This document shows positions 45,931 through 54,523 of a DNA stretch of 64,000 nt, one piece after another (the first letter of the stretch is position 1; the number at the start of each line of letters is the position of its first letter). The position numbers and the translations under genes are program-made. The DNA is from Candidatus Pacearchaeota archaeon (GTDB lineage Archaea; Nanobdellota; Nanobdellia; Pacearchaeales; GW2011-AR1), in NCBI GenBank assembly GCA_017609175.1, contig JAFCEJ010000001.1, forward strand, positions 57,428 through 121,427. The letters are read 5' to 3'. The notes beneath the pieces are model-generated. The model was not told the origin of the DNA and did not search any database. It saw nothing but the letters and a program-made list of their open reading frames with translations.

Positions 45931-46776
45931 TTATCCCCAGTTTAACCTATATTCATAAATTATTTTTTTCCATCTTTTAATCCCTTCTGAAGATATTTTT
46001 CTTTTTTTCATTAAATTGAAATATTCCTTTTTCAATTCAAGATACTCTTTTTTTAATTTTCTGATTTTTATAAAATCTCCCCACGGATCTTTTTCATAAC
46101 CAAAATACCACTTTCTAACTTTATTGTGAAACATATTTGATAAATGAAATAACATATTTTCTAAAACAAAAAGTAAATCCAATGTATAAAGATAATTTTC
46201 AAGATAGTCTGATTTTGTTAATTCCCCAATTAATTCTTTTTTATTATCTTTTGGAATTCGGAAGGCTTGTTGAGAGAATGTTGTATGATGGGTGAATTTG
46301 CATAATTCCTGATATAAATTTTTGAGTTGCTTATATTTTTTATTCTTATTCTTTAAATAAGCCCATACATTTTTCATTTGGGCATCATTGCTTTCCCAAA
46401 TCTTCTGTAATTGTTTATCATATTCACAACATTTTCCAATCATTAACATCTCAAAACTTTGTCTTAGAATTATACGTGTAGACCCATAATATCCCTTTTT
46501 CATTAGTTCAAATACCGATAGAAACAAATAAATATGATTAAATATTGAATTATTTAAGACAACATTATTCTCATAAGTCAATCTCAAGGATAATTTTATT
46601 TGAGAATGCCTAAAAAAATAACCGGTCAATTTTGAATGGATGTGAAGTATTCTTTCTAATATATTAAACTCTTCTTTCCATAAATTTAACATTATCTTGC
46701 CCATTTTTTTTGAGTCATTTTCTATTTTCTTTAAATCAAATTTTTCTATCCATTCATCTTTAGTTTTATTTGCCAT
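45931..46776 (-). CDS. hypothetical protein (281 aa)
   Basis: Long helical ORF convergent with tuf. No motif recognised with confidence. Confidence 0.55.
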   Translation of the reverse strand: MANKTKDEWIEKFDLKKIENDSKKMGKIMLNLWKEEFNILERILHIHSKLTGYFFRHSQIKLSLRLTYENNVVLNNSIFNHIYLFLSVFELMKKGYYGSTRIILRQSFEMLMIGKCCEYDKQLQKIWESNDAQMKNVWAYLKNKNKKYKQLKNLYQELCKFTHHTTFSQQAFRIPKDNKKELIGELTKSDYLENYLYTLDLLFVLENMLFHLSNMFHNKVRKWYFGYEKDPWGDFIKIRKLKKEYLELKKEYFNLMKKRKISSEGIKRWKKIIYEYRLNWG

Positions 46777-47111
46777 ATTAAATCATTAAACTATGTTATT
46801 TATTAATATTATTAAGTATCTTAAAGGGTTATAAAATGCCTCCGATTCTTCTTTTGGATAGTTGCTATTCGTTCCTCCAATAGAACACCCCGAAAAAACT
46901 TTCAGACGAAATTAATCCCGAAAATTTTAAAAACTCTTTCGCCTATATTCTTTTAGAAAAATATCAGATTAGATCATTATCACATCACATTCACTTAGCT
47001 TCATGCTAATTTTAGAGAAAGATGATCAATGCTTGAAAAAAGCGTAAGCAAGAAACGACACTGATAACTTATGAAGATATTTTTCTAATTAATTAAACAC
47101 GGAGGAATAAT

Positions 47112-48311
47112 ATGGCGAAAATAAGTCCAGTATCAATCAAATATATGATACATGCAAATTTTACAGCTGAAGGAGCATTGGAAAAGCCTGACGTAATTGG
47201 AGCCTTGTTTGGACAAACAGAAGGTTTGCTAGGAACTGACCTTGAAATGAGAGATTTACAAAAAGAAGGAAAAATCGGCAGGATTGAGGTTAATCTAAGA
47301 AAAGAAGGAAAGAGAACTGTTGGAAATATCCAAATCCCGACGGCATTAGACCAGTCTGAAACAACTTTGATTGCTGCTGCTATTGAAACTATTGAGAGAA
47401 TCGGGCCAAGCGAAGCACAAATAGAAATTGAAAAGATTGAAGACGTTAGAGGAACTAAGAGAGACTACATAATTGAACGAGCTAAAGAGTTAATGAAACA
47501 GATTGAAGGCTCTACTGACTCGAGAGAAATTTCAAATGAAATCAAGGATTCTGCAAAAATGGCGGAGTTAAAAGAATATGGTGATGAAAAACTTCCCTGC
47601 GGGGATTTATCAGGCAAAGAAATAATTGTTGTTGAAGGAAGAGCAGATGTCTTGAATTTATTAAGGAATAATGTTAGTAATGTTATTGCTATGAATGGGA
47701 CAAAGCTGCCTGATTCAATCAAAGAGTTGAGTGAAGAAAAAGAGATAATCCTTTTTGTTGATGGCGACAGAGGCGGAAAATTAATTGCTAAAAATGTTAC
47801 AGATAATGCCAAGGTTGCTTATATTGCAACTGCTCCTGATGGAAAAGAAGTTGAAGAGCTTACAGGAAAAGAAATCTTAATTGCCTTAAGAAAGAAAGTT
47901 TCTGTAAGCGATTTTTTTTCTTTTAGAGAAAAGAATAATCATTATGAAAAAAAGAGGTATGGTGTAAGAAAAGGAGTGAAGGAAAGAAGATATAATATTA
48001 AGAAAGAGCCAAAAAGAGAGATAAAAAAAACAAATTGGAATATTCGGGAAAAATTAAAAGAAATTTTTGAAGAAAATGAAGAAACAGGAAAAGCGATTCT
48101 TTTAGATGAAGATTTAAATGAGATAAGAAAAGTTTCTGTTAAGACACTTAGTTCAACTTTAAAAAGAACAAAAGACAAACCCTTTGCTGTTATAATTGAT
48201 GGAACTGCTACTAATTCAATAATTAAGAATGCGGAACATGCAGAAGTAAGAGTAATTGTTGCAACGAATTTTGCAACGACTGAAACTAGAATTGAGTTAT
48301 TGAGTTTTTAA
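47112..48311 (+). CDS. dnaG: archaeal DnaG-type primase/TOPRIM protein
   Basis: N-terminus SIKYMIHANFTAEGALEKPDVIGALFGQTEGLLG is typical of archaeal DnaG. TOPRIM IVVEGRADVLNLL...DGDRGG. SD cacggaggaataatATG. Confidence 0.85.
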   Translation: MAKISPVSIKYMIHANFTAEGALEKPDVIGALFGQTEGLLGTDLEMRDLQKEGKIGRIEVNLRKEGKRTVGNIQIPTALDQSETTLIAAAIETIERIGPSEAQIEIEKIEDVRGTKRDYIIERAKELMKQIEGSTDSREISNEIKDSAKMAELKEYGDEKLPCGDLSGKEIIVVEGRADVLNLLRNNVSNVIAMNGTKLPDSIKELSEEKEIILFVDGDRGGKLIAKNVTDNAKVAYIATAPDGKEVEELTGKEILIALRKKVSVSDFFSFREKNNHYEKKRYGVRKGVKERRYNIKKEPKREIKKTNWNIREKLKEIFEENEETGKAILLDEDLNEIRKVSVKTLSSTLKRTKDKPFAVIIDGTATNSIIKNAEHAEVRVIVATNFATTETRIELLSF

Positions 48312-48431
48312 TGGTAATTTGTTTTTACTAATTGTTTTCAAGTTCTTTCTGTAAAGCAAAAAAATGGCGAAGAGATAAAATATATGCTTAAAAATAATAA
48401 AGGATATAAACATTTAGAAATTTAGTATTTT

Positions 48432-48743
48432 ATGAAAGCATTCAAAACGGTTCCAAAGCTGTATCGTGGGTTAGTCATTGGATTTTATGAAGCTTCAAAC
48501 AAAGAAAATTCTGATATTAAATATCTTACTTACGATATGGGTATAGAAGTTATATGTAGAACTCCAGGAATAAATTTCGGATATGATACTACTTGGGATG
48601 ACATAATTAATTCTTTAGATAAATGGTTTGGATTTAAAGTATTGGAACCTGCAGGACTAGAAGAGAAAGTTATTATTATAACAAAACGTGCGGAAGAACA
48701 TTATAAAATAGCCAAAAGAGAAGAGCTTGCAACAGAATCTTGA
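48432..48743 (+). CDS. hypothetical protein
   Basis: 103-aa ORF, no motif recognised. Confidence 0.45.
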   Translation: MKAFKTVPKLYRGLVIGFYEASNKENSDIKYLTYDMGIEVICRTPGINFGYDTTWDDIINSLDKWFGFKVLEPAGLEEKVIIITKRAEEHYKIAKREELATES

Positions 48744-49003
48744 TTTTGCGTGCGTGCCCTTTATTTTACTCGAAGAAACTTGTGTATAACGCTTGTTACT
48801 TTACCTAAACCGAAGACGAAGATTGGACGAAGAGAAATTTGGGCGGAGCGAACCGCAGATGAGCGAAAGTACCACAACTATTACCCCAACCAATTCCTCT
48901 TCAAACGGATTTAATATTAAAAAATTATGTTCAAGACTATTCCATAAATAGATAGAGTTTTTTCTCGACTGAAAAATGCACGTCTTTAAGTGGGGAAACC
49001 TAA

Positions 49004-49585
49004 TTAGCGAGTTTTTTGAAGTTTTTGATATTCTGATTTTAACTTTGAAAAGATTAATGTATTACGAAAACCATTGAAATGCTCACTAAAAGAATCCTCT
49101 CTTAATTTTCCTTCATATTTATAACCACACTTCTTGGCCACTCCAAAAGAAGCCTTATTTTTTTCATCACACTTTATCTGTATCCTGTTTAATCCCCATT
49201 TTTCAAAAGCTTCTTTTTCGAGCATCTTAACAGCTTCTGTCATAAAGCCATTTCTGGTATGGGAGGAAGATAGCCAATAACCAATTTCAGCAGATTTATT
49301 TTTTTCATCAATGTTAAAAATAGAAATATTGCCTATATACTCGTTGTTAACAAATAATCCATATTCAACTTTTTTTCCTTTCTTTGTTTCTTCTTCTTTA
49401 TCAAACAAATATTTTAGACTATCTTCTACTTTTAAAGTTAATTTAGGCCAAGGAAACCAAGGTTCTAAATGATTGCGATTTTCATCTATTACCTTAAACA
49501 TAACTTCAGCTATTTTTAAATTTGGCTTTGTTCTTTTCAAAATTAACCTCCTACCTTTAAGTTGATTTTTAAATTTTATCATCAT
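49004..49585 (-). CDS. GNAT family N-acetyltransferase (RimJ/RimL-like)
   Basis: IGYWLSSSHTRNGFMTEAVKMLEKEAFEKWGLNRIQIKCDEKNKASFGVAKKCGYKYEG. Confidence 0.8.
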   Translation of the reverse strand: MMIKFKNQLKGRRLILKRTKPNLKIAEVMFKVIDENRNHLEPWFPWPKLTLKVEDSLKYLFDKEEETKKGKKVEYGLFVNNEYIGNISIFNIDEKNKSAEIGYWLSSSHTRNGFMTEAVKMLEKEAFEKWGLNRIQIKCDEKNKASFGVAKKCGYKYEGKLREDSFSEHFNGFRNTLIFSKLKSEYQKLQKTR

Positions 49586-49641
49586 AACTTTTAAGATTTA
49601 TCAAAATATAAAAAGTTTTGTTTTTAAGGCCAAAAAAGATT

Positions 49642-49652
49642 ATTGCACATAA
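49642..49652 (-). promoter_or_regulatory. shared upstream motif, copy a (plus attgcacataa; minus TTATGTGCAAT)
   Basis: 57 nt upstream of the GNAT ATG (49585), distal to a TATA-like box. The same 11-mer occurs at 51682-51692 and 52155-52165. Confidence 0.45.
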
Positions 49653-49813
49653 TTGCCATTCTATGGTTCAGCTGGGGAAATAGTGCTCTTAAGAAAATTG
49701 CAAATGGAACTGACGGAGCAGTTTTAGGTGGAACGGCTGGCGTAATTAGGGGTGGGGGCGAAACCTTACTTGGATATGGTATTGGATACTTAGCTGGATA
49801 CACAATAAAATAA
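49643..49813 (+). CDS. possible small glycine-zipper membrane peptide or gene remnant (no ATG; TTG at 49643)
   Basis: Open frame ...GAVLGGTAGVIRGGGETLLGYGIGYLAGYTIK*. It lacks an ATG and is below the track length cut-off. Confidence 0.25.
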   Translation: MHIIAILWFSWGNSALKKIANGTDGAVLGGTAGVIRGGGETLLGYGIGYLAGYTIK

Positions 49814-49869
49814 ACTTCTCTTAATTATTCTTTAAAAAGATATAAAAAGTTTCATAATAAATTAATGTT

Positions 49870-50649
49870 ATGACAATTAGATTCGGGCCGGCTGGGCTTG
49901 GAGGGGTAAAAGAGGCGATTGACAATTTAGAAATGTATCATAAATTAGGATTAAGAGCATGTGAAATTGCTTTTACATATGGAGTTTATATCAAAAACAA
50001 AGAAGATGCTACCAGGATTAGAAAAATTGCAAAAAAATTTAAAATCAAGCTAAGCATTCATGCACCTTATTGGATTAATCTTAATTCCGATGATGAAGAA
50101 AAAATTGAAAAAAGTAAGCAGAGAATTTTGAAATGTTTAGAAGTTGGAACATGGCTAGGTGCAGACATCGTAGTTTTTCATTGTGGGTTTTTTGGTAAAA
50201 AAGATAAAGAAGAAAGTTATCAAAATATTAAAAATGCAATCTTAGAATTGCAAGAAAAAGCAAAACAAAAAAAATTTACTCCTAAACTCGCGCCAGAAAC
50301 AACAGGAAAGATAAATGTTTTTGGAAGCATTAATGAGATTGCTAGATTAGTTGAAGAAACTGGGTGCAGTTTTTGTATTGATTTTGCACATATCTTAGCA
50401 AGATATAAATCATATAAATTCAAAGAAGTTTTTGAGAGATTTAGAAAATATAAAAAAATTCATATTCATTTTTCTGGGATTGAATATGGAGAAAAAGGAG
50501 AAAGACATCATAAAAAAACAGATATTAAAGATTGGAAAAAATTGATTTCTAACTTACCAAAGAATAAACAAATAACAATAATAAATGAAAGCCCAACGCC
50601 AGTAGATGATTCTGTAATCGGATTAAGAATTTTAGGAGATAATAGTTAA
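49870..50649 (+). CDS. endonuclease IV-like / xylose-isomerase-like TIM-barrel protein
   Basis: LSIHAPYWINL, IVVFHCGF, APETTGK and IDFAHILAR...IHIHFSGIEYG resemble the AP endonuclease family 2 metal-ligand pattern. Confidence 0.7.
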   Translation: MTIRFGPAGLGGVKEAIDNLEMYHKLGLRACEIAFTYGVYIKNKEDATRIRKIAKKFKIKLSIHAPYWINLNSDDEEKIEKSKQRILKCLEVGTWLGADIVVFHCGFFGKKDKEESYQNIKNAILELQEKAKQKKFTPKLAPETTGKINVFGSINEIARLVEETGCSFCIDFAHILARYKSYKFKEVFERFRKYKKIHIHFSGIEYGEKGERHHKKTDIKDWKKLISNLPKNKQITIINESPTPVDDSVIGLRILGDNS

Positions 50650-50735
50650 TCTCTATTTAGTGCGATTAAGAAAGGTTTTAGCGTGCCAAAATTTTAGGAA
50701 AATTCCTGCAAGGCGGTTTTTAACGAAGTCAAAAA

Positions 50736-50759
50736 ATCCTGCAGAGTCGGTTTCAGGAT
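50736..50759. terminator. 6-bp hairpin in a GC-enriched convergent intergenic region
   Basis: atcctg-cagagtcggttt-caggat, between 49870..50649 (+) and 50767..50976 (-). Confidence 0.3.
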
Positions 50760-50766
50760 GCTGTGC

Positions 50767-50976
50767 TTATTTTCTTTTATGTTTGGAATACCAGTTGATA
50801 AAAATTATCCAATACAGGAATAATAATGCGACAATACTAATCCAGTATGGTTTTTCAAAAACTGGTTTTGGTAGCGTGTTGAGATATGCTATTACACTTA
50901 TTGTTACTATTACTGAAAGCGCAACAACAGCAATTTTTCGGAGTTTGTCTTTTTCCATATTGTTACTTCCTTTCAT
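50767..50976 (-). CDS. small two-TM membrane protein
   Basis: 69 aa with two hydrophobic helices. Preferred over the overlapping plus-strand 107-aa ORF because it carries the duplicated promoter/leader block upstream. Confidence 0.45.
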   Translation of the reverse strand: MKGSNNMEKDKLRKIAVVALSVIVTISVIAYLNTLPKPVFEKPYWISIVALLFLYWIIFINWYSKHKRK

Positions 50977-51015
50977 AAATTAATTATTATTCTTTTTATA
51001 TGTTTTTTTATTTGG
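50971..51015 (-). repeat. promoter/leader block, copy 1 (about 90 percent identical to 51623-51666)
   Basis: tttcataaattaattattattctttttatatgtttttttatttgg versus tttcataaactaattattatttctttttatatgttcttatttcagg. Confidence 0.8.
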
Positions 51016-51034
51016 GAACATTGCAAATTATCTT

Positions 51035-51610
51035 TTATCTTTCATTTTTTACTGCATAAATTGTAAAATGCTGTTCTGGCAAAAAATTGAATTCCTTTTT
51101 CAGCAAATAACCTGCTTCTTCCATTTCTCGAATAATAGTTTCCTTAGGAACGTAGTGTCCAAACAATCCACGGAAAGTAAAAATTTTACCTTTTTTATAT
51201 TCAATGATAACAATTCTTCCACCAGGTTTTAAAAATCGTTTTAGATTCTTAAAATACTCTATTCGGTTTGGTATGTGGTGGGCGACATTACGCATGAATA
51301 CCAAATCCAAACTTTTTTCAGGTAAATCTAATTTATCTCCTAATACAAGCGTTGGTATAACATTATTCAATCCTTCTTTTTTGGCACTATTTTTAATATA
51401 CTCTAAAAATTCTGGTTTTGTATCAACTGCATAAACTCTTCCTTCTTCTCCAGCTATCTTGGCAAATCGCAGAGAAAAATACCCCCCTCCTGAACCAATA
51501 TCTGCAATACTTTGACCGGGCTTTAATGCAATAGCTTCTATAATCTGGTCTGGTTTATTTTTGGGGTCAGAAGCCTTTTTATTGAACATCTTTGCTTGAA
51601 AGTTTGCCAT
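51035..51610 (-). CDS. class I SAM-dependent methyltransferase
   Basis: IADIGSGGGYFSLRFA (motif I), VYAVD, and LKPGGRIVIIEY. Confidence 0.8.
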   Translation of the reverse strand: MANFQAKMFNKKASDPKNKPDQIIEAIALKPGQSIADIGSGGGYFSLRFAKIAGEEGRVYAVDTKPEFLEYIKNSAKKEGLNNVIPTLVLGDKLDLPEKSLDLVFMRNVAHHIPNRIEYFKNLKRFLKPGGRIVIIEYKKGKIFTFRGLFGHYVPKETIIREMEEAGYLLKKEFNFLPEQHFTIYAVKNER

Positions 51611-51622
51611 TTTATTTCCCTA

Positions 51623-51666
51623 TTTCATAAACTAATTATTATTTCTTTTTATATGTTCTTATTTCA
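51623..51666 (-). repeat. promoter/leader block, copy 2
   Basis: See 50971-51015. In this copy the homologous ATGAAA is followed by a stop, and the real ATG is at 51610. Confidence 0.8.
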
Positions 51667-51680
51667 GGCGTTCTGAAGCC

Positions 51681-51692
51681 GATTGCACATAA
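51681..51692 (-). promoter_or_regulatory. shared upstream motif, copy b (gattgcacataa)
   Basis: 71 nt upstream of the methyltransferase ATG. A degenerate version (cattgcaaatta) lies at 51019-51030, upstream of the 69-aa gene. Confidence 0.45.
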
Positions 51693-51777
51693 AACACCAC
51701 ACGTGCTGTTACCTATTATGGGGGCGTAGCCCGAGAACGCAGCGTAATCGGGGATTTACGAAGTAAATTCGAAGAAG

Positions 51778-52155
51778 TCACAATTTCTTGCTATTTAATA
51801 AATTCGAAATTCTCATGAATTTTATCATCATATTCTTTCCAATTAAGTGTCTTTCTAAGAATTACATGAGCAGTATTTTTTGTAAAAATAAAGTATACAA
51901 TAAAATTCTCAGTTTCTTTATGAAAATACATTTCTCCAAATTCTGTATGAAACGCATAAGAATGAATTTTTTTGGCATCATTTTCATAAAGATTATCATA
52001 AATGTCAAAAATTAAGTCTATTTGTTTTAGCGTTTCATCTCCTGGAGAAAGCCTATACCACATAACATCATCTGTGTTACTTAAACCTAGAATTTTTTCT
52101 TTGCTCATGTGGTTCTATAAAATTGGAAATATATAAACCTTGCGAGAAATTGTGA
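51778..52155. repeat. 14-bp inverted repeat pair (13/14) bracketing one promoter-plus-ORF module
   Basis: tcacaatttcttgc (51778-51791, ending at the first base of the stop-codon triplet) and gcgagaaattgtga (52142-52155, 34 nt upstream of the ATG and distal to the TATA-like tttatatat). Confidence 0.75.
51791..52108 (-). CDS. hypothetical protein (105 aa)
   Basis: ORF with a TATA-like box about 25 nt upstream. No motif recognised. Confidence 0.5.
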   Translation of the reverse strand: MSKEKILGLSNTDDVMWYRLSPGDETLKQIDLIFDIYDNLYENDAKKIHSYAFHTEFGEMYFHKETENFIVYFIFTKNTAHVILRKTLNWKEYDDKIHENFEFIK

Positions 52156-52165
52156 TTGCACATAA
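52154..52165 (-). promoter_or_regulatory. shared upstream motif, copy c (gattgcacataa)
   Basis: 46 nt upstream of the ATG at 52108. Abuts the right inverted-repeat arm. Confidence 0.45.
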
Positions 52166-52314
52166 CAAAACATTTAGTAACATTGGTTCACTAAATGTAA
52201 CTAACACTTAGTTCATTATTTATCACTAATAAATTGTTATGTTGTGTTATCACCATAAAGTTTATAAATAAAAATAGGTGGTTAGGATTAATTAAATTGG
52301 TATCTAAAACGCAA

Positions 52315-53430
52315 ATGGAAGCAAAGAAATTTTTGGTTTCTTTCTGTTTAGTTGCAAGTGTTTTGTTTTTAGTGGCTACTGTAACTGCTGCTGAAATCAC
52401 TAACAATTACAGTGTTTATGTAAGAGGAAACGCTGTTACTGCTGGTGATGTCATTGGTGTTGTTGAAGGAGAAATAATTCCTGTAAAGGTTGTTTTTACT
52501 TCAGACATTGATGCACAAGAAGTTAGAGTAGAAGCTGAAATTGACGGCTACAAAGTAGATGTCAAAGATGTCACAACTGAATTCGATGTCGAAACAGGCA
52601 AAAGATACAGCAAGACTTTATCTTTGAAAATACCTCAAAGCTTAAAAGACGAAGTTAGTGATGATGCAACACTTGAAATTAAGATTTACAACAAAGATGA
52701 CAAGACAGAATTGAATGAGATTGGCTTAAGAGTTCAAAGGAAGACTTACAATGCAGTAATTATGTCAATAAGCACAACTCAAACTGCTGAACCTGGACAA
52801 TTGTTCCCAGTGGATGTGGTTTTGAAGAACAAGGGTTACAATAATCTTGATGATGTGTATGTAACTGTTTCAATTCCTGAATTAGGAGTTGAAAGAACAG
52901 CTTATTTCGGAGATTTGGTTGCATTAGAAGGAGATGACGATGATGAAACTGACACTGTTAGTGGAAGAATCTATCTGAAAATCTCTGATGATGCAAAAGC
53001 AGGAACTTACACTTTAGAAGTGAAAGCTTCAAACGAAGACACTGCTACAATTGAAACAAAAGAAGTTGTAATTGAAAGCTTGAAAGAAACTATAATCGAA
53101 TCAAGTGATGGTTTGATTATTGTGAACCCAACTAACAAAGTTAGGGTTTACAAAATCGTTTCTGACACAAGTGAAAAGTTTGTCGTTGTTTCAGCTGGTT
53201 CAAGCAAGACAGTTGAGATAACAGAAAAAGGAGAATACAATGTGTTCTCTGGAGACGAACTTATCAAGACAGTTACTGTTGATGGTGACGAAGCTCAAAC
53301 AAGTCCGAGCCCAGTGACAATCTTAACAGTTGTTTTAGCAATAATCTTTATTGTGTTGCTAATTGTCTTGTTCGTGCTTGTAGGAAAGAAACCTGAATCA
53401 TCAGAAGAATTCGGAGAAAGCTACTACTAA
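52315..53430 (+). CDS. surface (S-layer/adhesin-like) protein with signal peptide and C-terminal TM anchor
   Basis: MEAKKFLVSFCLVASVLFLVATVTA signal, beta-rich Thr/Val/Glu body, and C-terminal ILTVVLAIIFIVLLIVLFVLVGKK anchor. Internal ATG 52315 preferred. Confidence 0.65.
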   Translation: MEAKKFLVSFCLVASVLFLVATVTAAEITNNYSVYVRGNAVTAGDVIGVVEGEIIPVKVVFTSDIDAQEVRVEAEIDGYKVDVKDVTTEFDVETGKRYSKTLSLKIPQSLKDEVSDDATLEIKIYNKDDKTELNEIGLRVQRKTYNAVIMSISTTQTAEPGQLFPVDVVLKNKGYNNLDDVYVTVSIPELGVERTAYFGDLVALEGDDDDETDTVSGRIYLKISDDAKAGTYTLEVKASNEDTATIETKEVVIESLKETIIESSDGLIIVNPTNKVRVYKIVSDTSEKFVVVSAGSSKTVEITEKGEYNVFSGDELIKTVTVDGDEAQTSPSPVTILTVVLAIIFIVLLIVLFVLVGKKPESSEEFGESYY

Positions 53431-53497
53431 ACTTTCTTTATTTTTTTATTTTTTTATTTTCGTGGCTTTCTTCTTTTTATATTTTAGAAGACTAATA

Positions 53498-54109
53498 CTA
53501 ATCCTTTTCGACAAACGGCACAAAAATAAAGCCAGGAATTCTTTTTTTCTCAATAAATTTATCTTTTTTCTTTTGGACTGCAACCAAAGATTGTCCGTAA
53601 GAGGGACCAACAGGTGCCACTAAAATTCCATCTTCAGTTAATTGATTAAGAAGTGTTTTTGGGATTTGTTTAGTTGCTGCACTGATTAAAATACGTTCAA
53701 AAGGAGATTGTTCTGGCAAACCTTTTGAACCATCCTGATTATAAACTGTTATATCTTTATAATTTCTTAAATTTTCTTTTGATTTTTCTGCGAGCTCTTT
53801 GACGACTTCTATCCCATAAACAGGAGATTGGGTTATTTCGTGTATGAGAGCAAGAACATAGCCACAACCAGAGCCAATTTCCAATACTTTTTGTCCTTTT
53901 TTTAAATCCAGTATTTTTAACATCAGGGCAATAGTATAGGGCTGTGAGATTGTCTGACCCATTCCAATCGGCTGTGCTTCGTCCTCATAAGCATAAGGTT
54001 TTATTCTTTCTGGAACAAAATCTTCTCTTTTAACTTTTTCAAATGCCCTAATAATCTGTTTTGAAAAACCTTTTTGTTTCAGGCTTTGCAAAAGTTGTGT
54101 TTTATCCAT
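53498..54109 (-). CDS. pcm: protein-L-isoaspartate O-methyltransferase
   Basis: GQTISQPYTIALML, VLEIGSGCGY and the PIMT C-terminal pattern. Confidence 0.85.
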   Translation of the reverse strand: MDKTQLLQSLKQKGFSKQIIRAFEKVKREDFVPERIKPYAYEDEAQPIGMGQTISQPYTIALMLKILDLKKGQKVLEIGSGCGYVLALIHEITQSPVYGIEVVKELAEKSKENLRNYKDITVYNQDGSKGLPEQSPFERILISAATKQIPKTLLNQLTEDGILVAPVGPSYGQSLVAVQKKKDKFIEKKRIPGFIFVPFVEKD

Positions 54110-54169
54110 GTATACTAATAGTCAATAAAGTAAATAAATATTTTTAAACTTCAAAAAAATTAAAAGAAT

Positions 54170-54523
54170 ATGTATAGGCATGTCGAAATTGGGAAAGAAA
54201 TTGAAGGAGAGAAATTAGAAAAGATATTAGTTGAAGCGGCAGAAGAGATGGGATTAAAAGCAAAAGCGATTGATGAACATAGAACTGAATACACGTTTAA
54301 TACAAGGGGAGAAGAAGAAGTCTATCGGGAGACTAAAATTAATTTAAAAGGCAGGTTTTTTCCATTTGCCGAAATAACTGGGATAGATAAAAAATGTCCT
54401 TTTTGTAATAGAGGGTTTGCGATATGGACTTTTCCAGATTATGGATGGGGATTTGCTTCAAAAAAGCAAATTGAAAATTATTTGTCAAAAGTTTTTGAAA
54501 AGTTGGATACTGAACTGAATTGA
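54170..54523 (+). CDS. hypothetical protein
   Basis: 117-aa ORF containing a CPFC motif. No family recognised. Confidence 0.5.
   Translation: MYRHVEIGKEIEGEKLEKILVEAAEEMGLKAKAIDEHRTEYTFNTRGEEEVYRETKINLKGRFFPFAEITGIDKKCPFCNRGFAIWTFPDYGWGFASKKQIENYLSKVFEKLDTELN

Noticed and set aside
47019-47064. Possible box C/D sRNA: aAGATGA (C-like) at 47019-47025 and CTGA (D) at 47061-47064, in the dnaG upstream spacer.
   Set aside because: The C box is imperfect. No C'/D' boxes occur at the proper spacing, there is no terminal stem, and the length (~46 nt) is short. This is not supportable by eye.
7245-48178. Numerous 60-140-aa antisense or off-frame ORFs nested in long genes (e.g. 7245..7505, 8404..8655, 10275..10634, 18125..18638, 24670..25017, 33606..34040, 35196..35591, 38731..39141, 45217..45654, 47465..47812, 55145..56964).
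   Set aside because: Each lies entirely inside a longer ORF that has clear family motifs. Their composition is the low-complexity mirror of Lys/Glu-rich coding sequence.
50719-50730. 12-mer tttaacgaagtc is the exact reverse complement of gacttcgttaaa at 59169-59180, which initially looked like a link between the 50.7-kb spacer and the 59-kb repeats.
   Set aside because: A rough estimate shows that many 12-mer matches are expected by chance in a 64-kb AT-rich window. The flanking similarity is weak.
50660-50983. 107-aa plus-strand ORF overlapping the 69-aa minus-strand membrane ORF.
   Set aside because: Its sequence looks non-protein-like and starts inside the GC-rich terminator region. The minus-strand ORF has the duplicated promoter block and clean TM helices. 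Some residual ambiguity remains.
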